A DNA stretch of 32,000 nt, from assembly GCF_025699255.1 (NCBI RefSeq), contig NZ_JAILWA010000002.1, forward strand, positions 99,985-131,984, in the 5' to 3' direction. Made by a program: the position numbers and the translations under genes. Below, piece after piece: positions 1-8,460 of the stretch. Each line of letters begins with the position of its first letter. The stretch's first letter is position 1. The notes under the pieces are model-generated. The model saw nothing but the letters and a program-made list of their open reading frames with translations, was not told the DNA's origin and ran no database searches. This stretch comes from Nitrosopumilus sp. GTDB taxonomy: Archaea; Thermoproteota; Nitrososphaeria; Nitrososphaerales; Nitrosopumilaceae.

Positions 1-2
1 AC

Positions 3-1535
3 AAAGCTGCAATGAGCGAAGTTGACGTTCTTAAGATTCTTGCAAACCACAAACAAACCAAAGTCATTGTAATGTATCTTGAAGACATGGGTGATGGTCA
101 AGAATTTCTTAAAGTTTGTAAAAATATTACTAAAAAACTCAAAAAACCAGTACTTGTTCTAAAATCTGGACGTAGTCCAGAGGGTGCAAAGGCTGCAATG
201 TCTCATACAGGAGCATTGATGGGTTCAGATGAAATTTATGATGCATTACTCAAACAGTCTGGTGCAATCAGAGTTGATACAATGGAAGAACTATTTGATT
301 ATGCAACAGCATTTTCAAAACAACCACTTCCAACGGCTGGTGGCTTAGTTATTGTATCAAATGCTGGTGGACCTGCAATCATTTCAACTGATGCCTGCTC
401 TAAATCAAGTATTAGAATGGCCAAAATTGATAGTATTCGTCCAAAGATAGATGCAGTAATTCCTCCGTGGGGAAGCTCTAGAAATCCTGTTGACATTGTA
501 GGCGATGCTGATTTTAACAGATTCCATAATGTCTTAGATAGAGTACTAAAACATCCCAAAGTTGGTTCAGTTATTACAATGTGTACTCCTTCTGGGACTC
601 TAAATTATGATAAGCTAGCAGAAGTCATTGTTGCAATGTCAAAAAAATACAAAAAAACAATGCTAGCAAGTTTAATGGGATTAGATGAAGGAATTACAAA
701 TAGAGAAATTTTATCCAAAGGAGATGTTCCTTATTACACATATGCAGAAGGAGCAATCAGAACTTTAGCTGCAATGATAAAATTTGCAATTTGGGTAAAT
801 ACAAAAGAAGGAAAAATTACAAAATTCAAAGTAAACAAAGCTAAAGCAAAGAAAATTTTTGACAAGGTCAAAAAAGAGAAAAGACCAAATCTTCTAGAAG
901 AAGAAGGACAAGAAGTTCTCAAAGCATATGGATTACCTTTACCACAAAGTGCACTTGCTAAAAATGAAGCAGAGGCAATAAAAGTTGCAAAGAAAATTGG
1001 ATATCCAGTTGTAATGAAAATTGCATCACCGCAAATAATTCACAAGTCTGATGCTGGTGGTGTAAAAGTTAATTTGAAAAATGATAGTGAAATTAAAGAA
1101 GCATTTAAGACAATTATCAAAAATGCCAAAAAATACAACAAGAAAGCCGAAATCAAAGGTGTTTTGATTGTGGAAATGGTAAAAGGCGGTAAAGAACTCA
1201 TTATTGGCTCCAAACTTGAACCAGGCTTTGGACCAGTTATTATGTTAGGCATGGGTGGAATCTATGTCGAAGTTCTAAAAGATGTTACATTCAAACTTGC
1301 ACCGGTAACTGATAAAGAAGCCGATGACATGATTGCATCAATCAAGACTCAAAAATTACTTCAAGGTGTAAGAGGAGAAAAACCCTCTGATATCACAAAA
1401 CTTTCTGAATGTATTCAGAGATTATCTCAACTAGTTTCAGACTTTAAAGAGATTAAGGAATTAGACATGAATCCTGTTCTTGTAATGGAGAAAGGTAAGG
1501 GTTGCAAAATCCTTGATGTTCGAATAGGACTCTGA
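3..1535 (+). CDS. ADP-forming acyl-CoA synthetase (NDP-forming acetyl-CoA synthetase family; probable 4-hydroxybutyrate-CoA ligase), 5'-partial at window edge
   Basis: The frame is open to the window start, so the ATG at 12 is internal. It has the SHTGALMG phosphohistidine-loop motif of the succinyl-CoA-synthetase-like alpha domain and an ATP-grasp-like C-terminal half (GYPVVMKIASPQIIHKSDAGGVKVNL). It sits directly upstream of 4-hydroxybutyryl-CoA dehydratase, the arrangement known for Nitrosopumilus maritimus. Confidence 0.8.
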   Translation, partial: KAAMSEVDVLKILANHKQTKVIVMYLEDMGDGQEFLKVCKNITKKLKKPVLVLKSGRSPEGAKAAMSHTGALMGSDEIYDALLKQSGAIRVDTMEELFDYATAFSKQPLPTAGGLVIVSNAGGPAIISTDACSKSSIRMAKIDSIRPKIDAVIPPWGSSRNPVDIVGDADFNRFHNVLDRVLKHPKVGSVITMCTPSGTLNYDKLAEVIVAMSKKYKKTMLASLMGLDEGITNREILSKGDVPYYTYAEGAIRTLAAMIKFAIWVNTKEGKITKFKVNKAKAKKIFDKVKKEKRPNLLEEEGQEVLKAYGLPLPQSALAKNEAEAIKVAKKIGYPVVMKIASPQIIHKSDAGGVKVNLKNDSEIKEAFKTIIKNAKKYNKKAEIKGVLIVEMVKGGKELIIGSKLEPGFGPVIMLGMGGIYVEVLKDVTFKLAPVTDKEADDMIASIKTQKLLQGVRGEKPSDITKLSECIQRLSQLVSDFKEIKELDMNPVLVMEKGKGCKILDVRIGL

Positions 1536-1608
1536 TCGCAATTCATTCCTAAAATTCAGCTTGTACTAGTCTAGAATATTTATACAACTTCTAGATGAAT
1601 AATGTTAC

Positions 1609-3135
1609 ATGGCTAATGTCTTGAAGACAATTAGAACTGGAGATGACTATATTGAAAGTCTTAGAGGCCGTGATCTCAAAATTTATCTCTTTGGTGAATT
1701 AGTTAAAGAACCAGTCGATCATCCAATGATCCGACCATCAATTAATGCCGTTGCCGAAACTTATGATCTTGCAGTTCGTGAAGAAGCATTAGCTTCTGCA
1801 GACTCTTCAATCACTGGATTGAAAGTAAACCGATTTTTACACATTGCTGAAAGCGCAGAAGATCTAGTATTACAAAATAAAATGCAAAGAAAACTTGGAC
1901 AAAACACTGGAACCTGTTTCCAAAGATGTGTTGGAATGGATGCAATGAATTCATTACATTCTACAACATTTGAAATCGATGAAAAACATGGAACAGATTA
2001 TCATAAACGATTCTTAGAATTTGTAAAAATGGTACAAAAAGAAAATCTTGTAATTGGTGGTGCTATGACTGATCCTAAAGGAGACAGAAGTAAAGGACCT
2101 GCAGAACAAGAAGATCCTGATTTGTTTACAAGAATTGTAAAAACTGATGAGAATGGAGTTTATGTTTCAGGAGCAAAGGCACATCAAACTGGTTGTATCA
2201 ACTCTCACTGGATTATCTTGATGCCTACTATTAGGCTAACAGAATCAGACAAAGACTGGGCAATTGTAGGAGCAATTCCTGCTGATGCAAAAGGAGTCAC
2301 TTACATTTACGGAAGACAATCTTGTGATACAAGAAGTATGGAAGAAGGTGACATTGATGATGGTAACGCAAAGTTTGGAGGTCAAGAAGCTTTGATAATT
2401 TTAGATAATGTGTTTATTCCATGGGACAAAGTTTTCATGAATGGTGAATATGAATTTGCATCTATGCTTGTAGAAAGATTCACCTGTTATCATAGACGCA
2501 GTTATGTGTGTAAAACTGGTTTAGGTGATGTGTTAATTGGTGCAGCTGCAACAATTGCAGATTACAATGGTGTTCCTAAAGTATCTCACATTAAAGATAA
2601 AATTATTGAGATGACTCATCTTAATGAAACAATTTTTGCAGCGGGAATAGCATCTTCTCACCAAGGACAAAAGATGAAGTCTGGTGTTTTCTTAAATGAT
2701 GATATGCTCGCACAAGTTTGTAAACATAATGTAACACGATTCCCATATGAAATTAGTAGACTTGCACAAGATATTGCAGGTGGATTGGTAGTAACTTTAC
2801 CTTCTGAAAAAGACTTTAGACATCCAGAAGCAGGACCTTTACTCAAAAAGTATCTAGCTGGAAGAAAAGGTGTAGATGTTGAAAATAGAATGAGAATTCT
2901 AAGATTAATCGAAAACATGACTTTAGGAAGAAATGCAGTTGGATATCTCACAGAATCTATGCATGGTGCAGGATCTCCTCAAGCACAAAGAATCCAAATT
3001 CAAAGACAAATGCAAGTTGGTTACAAAAAGAATTTGGCTAAGAATCTTGCAGGCATCAAAAATGATATTGTAGAGCCAAAAGAGCCATCTGATTACTTTA
3101 AGCGAGTTTTCAAAACAAAAGATTCTGTTCTCTAA
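1609..3135 (+). CDS. abfD: 4-hydroxybutyryl-CoA dehydratase / vinylacetyl-CoA isomerase
   Basis: The 508-aa ORF has the length and overall sequence typical of AbfD-type dehydratases. A C-x3-C (TCFQRCVGMD) and the TCYHRRSYVC segment are consistent with the Fe-S ligand regions of this family. This is family recognition by eye, with no search. Confidence 0.85.
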   Translation: MANVLKTIRTGDDYIESLRGRDLKIYLFGELVKEPVDHPMIRPSINAVAETYDLAVREEALASADSSITGLKVNRFLHIAESAEDLVLQNKMQRKLGQNTGTCFQRCVGMDAMNSLHSTTFEIDEKHGTDYHKRFLEFVKMVQKENLVIGGAMTDPKGDRSKGPAEQEDPDLFTRIVKTDENGVYVSGAKAHQTGCINSHWIILMPTIRLTESDKDWAIVGAIPADAKGVTYIYGRQSCDTRSMEEGDIDDGNAKFGGQEALIILDNVFIPWDKVFMNGEYEFASMLVERFTCYHRRSYVCKTGLGDVLIGAAATIADYNGVPKVSHIKDKIIEMTHLNETIFAAGIASSHQGQKMKSGVFLNDDMLAQVCKHNVTRFPYEISRLAQDIAGGLVVTLPSEKDFRHPEAGPLLKKYLAGRKGVDVENRMRILRLIENMTLGRNAVGYLTESMHGAGSPQAQRIQIQRQMQVGYKKNLAKNLAGIKNDIVEPKEPSDYFKRVFKTKDSVL

Positions 3136-3255
3136 ATCTAAAAATCAGTTCATATTTTCTTAAATTAAGAAATACAGTAAATAATACTATTAAAAGTAGC
3201 TTGTTATTTTCATTACTAACAGGCGTTTAAGTATCAAACAATCTTGCATTGATTA

Positions 3256-4182
3256 ATGACTTTTTCAAAAACAAACTTTCGAAAACCACTTCTAATACTT
3301 CCAATATTACTAGCAATTGGTTTTATGTTTGCAACTCCGATGATAATGGATGCTGCAGCAGCCAAAGGTGGTAATGGTAATGGTAATGGTAATGGTAATG
3401 GTAATGATGGAACAGCAGTTCCTGCTGATGCACTTTTACCAGATGTAACACCTGGAGTTCCAAAACATCTAGCTATTCATAATCAACAACAAAATGAATA
3501 TTTAAGATTCACAAATGTTTGGGCTAATTTGGGACCTGGAACTTTAGAATTCCAGCCTCTATTCCCAGATCCTGATGCTGATGAAGGAACTACACAAGAT
3601 TCTTTTCAAAATCTCTATGATGATGAAGGAAACTTTGGATTACCAGAACATAATGTATGGAGTGACACTGTAAGTCAATTCATTTTCCATGAAACTCACA
3701 ATCATTGGCACATTGATAATGTTGGAGAATTTGCAATCAGAGCATATGATCCAACTAATCCTAATGTTCCAGGTGATATAGTTGATGAATCTACATCCAT
3801 CAAAGTTGGATTTTGTATTACAAATGTTTTCAAATATGATGGTAGTAATTCTCCAACATCTCAAAGAATCTATTGGGATTGTGAAGTAGGATTACAAGGA
3901 ATTCAGCCAGGATGGGTTGATCAATATCATCAATCAGTTGAAGGTAATGAAATTGATATTTCAAATATTCCAAATGACAGATATTTCCTAACACATACAT
4001 GGAATCCTGCAAATGCATTTGTTGATGCAGATTCTTCAAACGATGTTGCTTGGATGAAATTTGATCTTGTAGATGATGGTAATGGAAATCGAAAGATAAT
4101 TGAACTTGAAGGATTCGCTCCTGAATGTCAAGCCGATGGTTCCACACCCGGAATCTGTGGTGACATCAACAAGAACTCTTAG
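3256..4182 (+). CDS. secreted lysyl-oxidase-like copper amine oxidase domain protein
   Basis: N-terminal hydrophobic signal/anchor (LLILPILLAIGFMFATPMIMDAAAA). FHETHNHWHIDN aligns by eye with animal LOX WEWHSCHQHYH. IKVGFCITN aligns with HKASFCLED. GLQGIQPGWVDQYHQSVEGNEIDISNIP aligns with [26 protein letters not shown]. Confidence 0.75.
   Translation: MTFSKTNFRKPLLILPILLAIGFMFATPMIMDAAAAKGGNGNGNGNGNGNDGTAVPADALLPDVTPGVPKHLAIHNQQQNEYLRFTNVWANLGPGTLEFQPLFPDPDADEGTTQDSFQNLYDDEGNFGLPEHNVWSDTVSQFIFHETHNHWHIDNVGEFAIRAYDPTNPNVPGDIVDESTSIKVGFCITNVFKYDGSNSPTSQRIYWDCEVGLQGIQPGWVDQYHQSVEGNEIDISNIPNDRYFLTHTWNPANAFVDADSSNDVAWMKFDLVDDGNGNRKIIELEGFAPECQADGSTPGICGDINKNS
3370..3405 (+). repeat. perfect hexanucleotide tandem repeat (GGTAAT)x6 encoding (Gly-Asn)6
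   Basis: Read directly: six uninterrupted GGTAAT units, in frame, just after the signal anchor of the LOX-like ORF. Confidence 0.95.
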
Positions 4183-5017
4183 TTCTTTTTCTTTTATTTT
4201 TTATTTGATAAACCAGCATAGCTGGTGCAGCTACATACATTCCCAAATTCATCAAAATCACACTAATTCCGTACCCTATCACTTCTGATTCTGATTCAGC
4301 ATATGACATTACAGATAAAGTTGACAACATTGGCGTGATTCCAATCTTTACCATCTCTTTGAAGACTGGACTTTGTCTTTCCAAATCTGCAATATGTGGA
4401 GAGAATGAATAGTATAGTGAGTTAAATCCGCTCATAAATGAGGCCCCTGATTGGGTGTTCATCAACTGGTTGTCTCTGATTTCACGTAACAGCTGTACTT
4501 GTGGTGCCATCTCTGAGCCGTATGCTGCAGTAGCTATAAGACAACCTCCACCTTGAGGTTCATCCATTTCTTTTTCTTTGGGGATTTCTACTCGAACCTC
4601 TACTTCACTTGATTCTTCTTCAACAGATTTCTCTAGTTCTTTTTGTTGTTGTGCAATCTCTTGAGGAATCTCTTGAATGTTTACAGATTTGGTATCTATT
4701 TTTCCTTGCTCGGCTTCTTTTGCACTCTCTTGAATTTCTAAGTTATAGTATATTCTACTTTGTTCAATTAATTTTTGGTATCTGTCAGGACCTGAATACA
4801 ACCACAAGTCATCATTATACAAATTTCCACATAATCTTGATTCAATTGAATGATGATGATGTTCAAAAAAATCATTTCCCATAAAATAATACAACTGATA
4901 GTTTTCTTCACACCATTCTATTCCATTTAATGTCAAACCCGAAGTGTCACGAAATGGAGTTTGTGCATATGCAGAACCAACTAAAAGTATTATTGAAAAA
5001 ACCAACAAATATTTCAA
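4166..5017 (-). CDS. secreted protein with C-terminal CLIATAAYGS-type module and hydrophobic tail
   Basis: Signal peptide MKYLLVFSIILLVGSAYA followed by a His-rich patch (EHHHHS) and an acidic coiled region. Next comes GGGCLIATAAYGSEMAPQVQLLREIRDNQL and then hydrophobic segments. The 3' end overlaps the convergent LOX-like gene by 17 nt. Confidence 0.65.
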   Translation of the reverse strand: MKYLLVFSIILLVGSAYAQTPFRDTSGLTLNGIEWCEENYQLYYFMGNDFFEHHHHSIESRLCGNLYNDDLWLYSGPDRYQKLIEQSRIYYNLEIQESAKEAEQGKIDTKSVNIQEIPQEIAQQQKELEKSVEEESSEVEVRVEIPKEKEMDEPQGGGCLIATAAYGSEMAPQVQLLREIRDNQLMNTQSGASFMSGFNSLYYSFSPHIADLERQSPVFKEMVKIGITPMLSTLSVMSYAESESEVIGYGISVILMNLGMYVAAPAMLVYQIKNKRKRTKSSC

Positions 5018-5180
5018 TTATGAATTTTAATTTTTGCTACTTGATAAATGGTACTATTCTTGAAACTAATAATTCATCAGAATCCTTTTTTAGTAAATTT
5101 AACGTAATAATGCTACCAAGCAAGCAGGACGATCTATTGCTCTTGTCATACAGCATATGTGAACCTGTTTGCCTGAAAAT

Positions 5181-5951
5181 TTAGAATTCTTTATCTTTCT
5201 TCTTTGGATTTTCTTTGGATTTTGATTTTTCATTGTCTATGGAATCCTCAATCCCCTCAAATGTATCATCAATCTTTTTTGTTCTAGTCACATCTTCTGG
5301 CTTGTCAGTATCATCTAATTCTTCTACATTCTCAGATTCTACATGTTCAGAATATTCAGAATCCTTTTCAATCTTGTTAATATCTGATAATTTTTCTATT
5401 GTATCTGAATTATCCGTATCCAAAGGATCTGCGAAGGATAATTCTTTTTCATTTTTCTTCTTTACAAATTGCTTTACTACCATTATTCCAATAACAACTG
5501 CAATGATTACATAGTTAATTGGAGGTTTGAGCAATTGAGTTACATATCCTACTTGCGGAAGAGTATAAGCTACTTTTCCAATGTATTCTTCTTCTGTAAT
5601 TGGAAAGTCTGTACCGGGAATTGATGCTGGATTTGCATCTCCTTTTGTTCTAATTGTTTTAGGATCTTCAGATATTACTGACGCAACTCTATGTACAATA
5701 ACTCTGTCGTGGTCTGATGGTCGATTAAACACAATAATGTCTCCTACTTCTATATCCTCAAAAGGTTCGTGACCTTGAACTATCAGTACATCATAAACTT
5801 CTAGAACTGGAATCATACTTCCACTTGCTACAACATAAAATGGATTTTGGGTTCCAAATGCAACTTGTAGACCTATCCAAATGACTAAAACCCCTACACC
5901 GACAATAATGATGTCTTTAACTACTCCTTTAGGGATTGATCTTTTTGCCAA
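5181..5951 (-). CDS. signal peptidase I (S26 family, archaeal/Sec11-like) with long acidic C-terminal tail
   Basis: N-terminal TM, the ASGSMIPVL serine motif, the VIVHRV histidine motif and TKGDANP. A second TM is followed by about 90 aa of D/E/K-rich low complexity. Confidence 0.85.
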   Translation of the reverse strand: MAKRSIPKGVVKDIIIVGVGVLVIWIGLQVAFGTQNPFYVVASGSMIPVLEVYDVLIVQGHEPFEDIEVGDIIVFNRPSDHDRVIVHRVASVISEDPKTIRTKGDANPASIPGTDFPITEEEYIGKVAYTLPQVGYVTQLLKPPINYVIIAVVIGIMVVKQFVKKKNEKELSFADPLDTDNSDTIEKLSDINKIEKDSEYSEHVESENVEELDDTDKPEDVTRTKKIDDTFEGIEDSIDNEKSKSKENPKKKDKEF

Positions 5952-5994
5952 TTACATTCTCGCCTATAGTGTCATTGATTAAATTTACTAACTA

Positions 5995-6753
5995 TCAGAT
6001 CTTGGTTCCACATTCTTCACAAAATTTAGAGCCTTCTTTATTTACAAATCCACAACTTGAACATTTTCCTGGTTGAGCTGCTATTACAATATCTGGATTT
6101 CCTAAAAGAACAACTTCTCCAATCTTCTTAATACTATTCCATGGAATACTTCCTTCTGTGCCATCTTCTTTAGTTATTACTAAAACCATTGTCTGTGTAG
6201 AATCAATACCCACTTGTTTTGCAGTTCCAACTCTGTTTGCATTTTCATCATATACAATTTTTCCTTCAATTGATGTAACTGAAGTTGCTGGTCCTGGTTG
6301 TGTTGCAGTTTCTTGTGGAGCAGATGTAGACTGTGGTGTTGTTTCTGGTACTTGCTGTGTTGAAACTTCTGGTTGTGGTGCACTTTGAACTTGTGGTTCT
6401 AATGGTTTTGCACTTCCAACTTCTCCTGCTTCGTCTTCTTTTTTAAATTCCCTGTATTCTGCAATTGATGCATTACAAGAATTGCAAATGTATTGACCTC
6501 GTTCTGCAAGAATTAAGTTCTCTGCAACCTCTTCATTTGGGTTCTCATATTCAATTTTTGGAGGGCCTTCAAATTCCTTCTCACAAGTATTGCAAAAATG
6601 TTTAGTAATTTTATCGGCATCTAATCTTCCAATTGGTGCTAAAAATAGATCTGGTCCACCTAAGTTACCCTTCATCTGTTGTTCATCGGTAACTGAAGCC
6701 ATAACATAACCGCCAGATCCTCGTAATTTTTTCAGTCTAGATTCTGAACTCAT
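5995..6753 (-). CDS. zinc-ribbon / PRC-barrel domain protein
   Basis: CNTCEKEF...CNSCNAS zinc-ribbon pairs, a P/Q/T/S-rich linker, and a PRC-barrel-like segment (IEGKIVYDENANRVGTAKQVGID...IPWNSIKKIGEVVLLG). The C-terminal double zinc ribbon is CSSCGFVNKEGSKFCEECG. Confidence 0.7.
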   Translation of the reverse strand: MSSESRLKKLRGSGGYVMASVTDEQQMKGNLGGPDLFLAPIGRLDADKITKHFCNTCEKEFEGPPKIEYENPNEEVAENLILAERGQYICNSCNASIAEYREFKKEDEAGEVGSAKPLEPQVQSAPQPEVSTQQVPETTPQSTSAPQETATQPGPATSVTSIEGKIVYDENANRVGTAKQVGIDSTQTMVLVITKEDGTEGSIPWNSIKKIGEVVLLGNPDIVIAAQPGKCSSCGFVNKEGSKFCEECGTKI

Positions 6754-6868
6754 GAATAAGTTTTATCAAAACGTCATTTAAGTATATATCAAAATTAATT
6801 TTCCGACAAAAAATATGGTGTTAATTCTGGTGAACGTTTTTAGGTACGTCCAATAAAATAATGTTAGA

Positions 6869-7195
6869 ATGGCTGTAACACAAATTTCAGATGCAAAATC
6901 ATGGGAAGTAGATGTGATAAATTCTGACATTCCTGTTTTTGTAGACTTTTGGGCCGAATGGTGTGGTCCATGTAGAATGGTAGGTCCAGTTGTTGAAGAA
7001 CTGGCAGCTGACTATGAAGGCAAAGTAAAGTTTGTCAAGGTTAATGTTGATGAAGCCAATGAACTGGCATCAAAATACAACGTCTTTAGTATTCCAACTT
7101 TAATCCTCTTAAACAAAGGTGAAATAGTTAGCCAGCAAGTGGGAGCAGCATCTAAAGAATCATACCAAGGTATGATTGATAGAGCACTCGCATAA
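6869..7195 (+). CDS. trxA: thioredoxin
   Basis: 108 aa with the WCGPC active site (FWAEWCGPCRM) and the typical SIPTLILL cis-Pro region. Confidence 0.95.
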   Translation: MAVTQISDAKSWEVDVINSDIPVFVDFWAEWCGPCRMVGPVVEELAADYEGKVKFVKVNVDEANELASKYNVFSIPTLILLNKGEIVSQQVGAASKESYQGMIDRALA

Positions 7196-7261
7196 CTTTC
7201 TACACGTTTTTCCTCTTTTTTGATCCTAAAGTAATTAATATTCCAAAAACCGAGTGAGGTT

Positions 7262-7807
7262 ATGTCATTTGGTGAAGTAGATACACTGAACATGCTCTTT
7301 GACAAACTTCAGAGTTTGTTTGACGAGTCTCAGGGATACTATGAATCATTTCTAGATACAAACAACATGTACAAGAAAGGACAAATCAGTGACAAAGAAT
7401 TCTTTCAAAAATTAGGTGATTATACAGTTGCATATTCTGCTTTAGAATTTCTAGCAATCAAAGTAATCTTTGAATTAAAAAAATCAATTGGTACAGGCTC
7501 TGGAAACACACAATCTCCAGGATTGATGCCAGGGATGGGCCAACCTGGAATGATGGCAGGCGGAATGGGTCAACCTCCACGAGCAGGAACTGCACAAAAC
7601 CCAGTAGGTGGAGGTCCACCGGGAATTGTTTCTGCACAAGAAGCATTTGGTGACGTTGGAACATTACCATCACCTGATCCTTCATTAATGCCAAGACAAA
7701 CAATATCTCCACAATCTATTCCACAAGATGGAAATGGATGTTCTTCATGTGGTGCACCACTTCGAGCAAATGCAAAGTTTTGCACAAAGTGTGGCGCTAA
7801 AGCATAA
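7262..7807 (+). CDS. hypothetical protein with G/P/M-rich linker and C-terminal double zinc ribbon
   Basis: Helical N-terminus, then a low-complexity PGMGQPGMMAGGMGQPP region. The C-terminus is CSSCGAPLRANAKFCTKCG. Confidence 0.65.
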   Translation: MSFGEVDTLNMLFDKLQSLFDESQGYYESFLDTNNMYKKGQISDKEFFQKLGDYTVAYSALEFLAIKVIFELKKSIGTGSGNTQSPGLMPGMGQPGMMAGGMGQPPRAGTAQNPVGGGPPGIVSAQEAFGDVGTLPSPDPSLMPRQTISPQSIPQDGNGCSSCGAPLRANAKFCTKCGAKA

Positions 7808-7831
7808 ACCTAGTAATTAAAAATAATTTTC

Positions 7832-8209
7832 TTATTCTTGTGTTGTTCCACATTCAGGACAGAATTTTGCAGTAGCAGAAAGACTCGTACCACATTCTGA
7901 ACAAAACTTTCCATCTGAAACTTGTTCGTTGAATGCATTTCCAACTAGTGTTGAACTCTTGACTGCACCTGATGGAACATATTTTTCATCATCAATCAAA
8001 ACTGGTTCAAAGTCTTGCTCTACCAAATATGTCATCATTCGTGGAACTCCTTTTCCTTCATTCTTTGGATCTGGAACTGAATCTCCTAACCAGAATGCAA
8101 ATCTCATTAGAGTCAACTCTGGAGTAGAAAATGCAAGAGTATGCTTTGACATGTAATCTTGTGCAGCTTTTTTGCCGTCAAAACCTTCCATGATGATAAT
8201 ATTTTGCAT
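7832..8209 (-). CDS. hypothetical protein with C-terminal double zinc ribbon
   Basis: 125-aa ORF ending in FCSECGTSLSATAKFCPECG. It is the last core gene before the island. Confidence 0.65.
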   Translation of the reverse strand: MQNIIIMEGFDGKKAAQDYMSKHTLAFSTPELTLMRFAFWLGDSVPDPKNEGKGVPRMMTYLVEQDFEPVLIDDEKYVPSGAVKSSTLVGNAFNEQVSDGKFCSECGTSLSATAKFCPECGTTQE

Positions 8210-8222
8210 TTATGTATAATAG

Positions 8223-8232
8223 TTTCTGGAAA
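8223..8232 (+). repeat. left copy of 10-bp direct repeat TTTCTGGAAA (candidate att core / target duplication)
   Basis: Identical 10-mer at 19903-19912, immediately next to the tRNA 3' end. A 10-bp match could be chance. Confidence 0.35.
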
Positions 8233-8322
8233 CTATTTTTGACTCCTCTGTAGGCACAAAACGTGGTATAAAACGTGATATTTAGCGTGACCTTAACAAA
8301 ATGATTTCATTTGGGAATATTC

Positions 8323-8336
8323 ATGAAATATTTCAT
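8323..8336. promoter_or_regulatory. perfect 14-bp palindrome ATGAAATATTTCAT nested between GGGAAT (8313-8318) and ATTCCC (8335-8340)
   Basis: Read directly; the sequence equals its own reverse complement. It lies in the non-coding left end of the island. Confidence 0.6.
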
Positions 8337-8460
8337 TCCCATGTTTTTTCATTACATAAATATGCCAAAAATCTTATTTTAAGAGTTCATTTTATGATCA
8401 TTTTTTTCGTGAACACATACATTTGTAAAATAACCATTTTTTATTTTTCTATGCCCACAA

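Noticed and set aside
299-2951. Minus-strand ORFs 299-559, 734-922, 1040-1252 and 2658-2951
   Set aside because: They lie antisense inside two strongly supported genes (the acyl-CoA synthetase and 4-hydroxybutyryl-CoA dehydratase). Their translations are low-complexity with no motifs, which is typical of shadow ORFs.
3370-3405. Tandem repeats (the GGTAAT array, and the AAATG cluster at 8461-8595) as a possible CRISPR
   Set aside because: The units are 5-6 nt with no spacers of unique sequence, and no cas genes are present. These are not CRISPR arrays.
3640-5184. ORFs 3640-3864(-), 3830-4147(-), 4100-4288(+), 4609-4884(+) and 4930-5184(+)
   Set aside because: They overlap the LOX-like gene or the 4166-5017 gene on the opposite strand or in another frame, or sit in AT-rich spacer. 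They have no recognisable features.
5215-8156. ORFs 5215-5514, 5581-5772, 6158-6388, 6180-6383, 7012-7305, 7458-7712, 7570-7785 and 7929-8156
   Set aside because: All are antisense or alternative-frame shadows of better-supported genes (the signal peptidase, zinc-ribbon proteins and thioredoxin).
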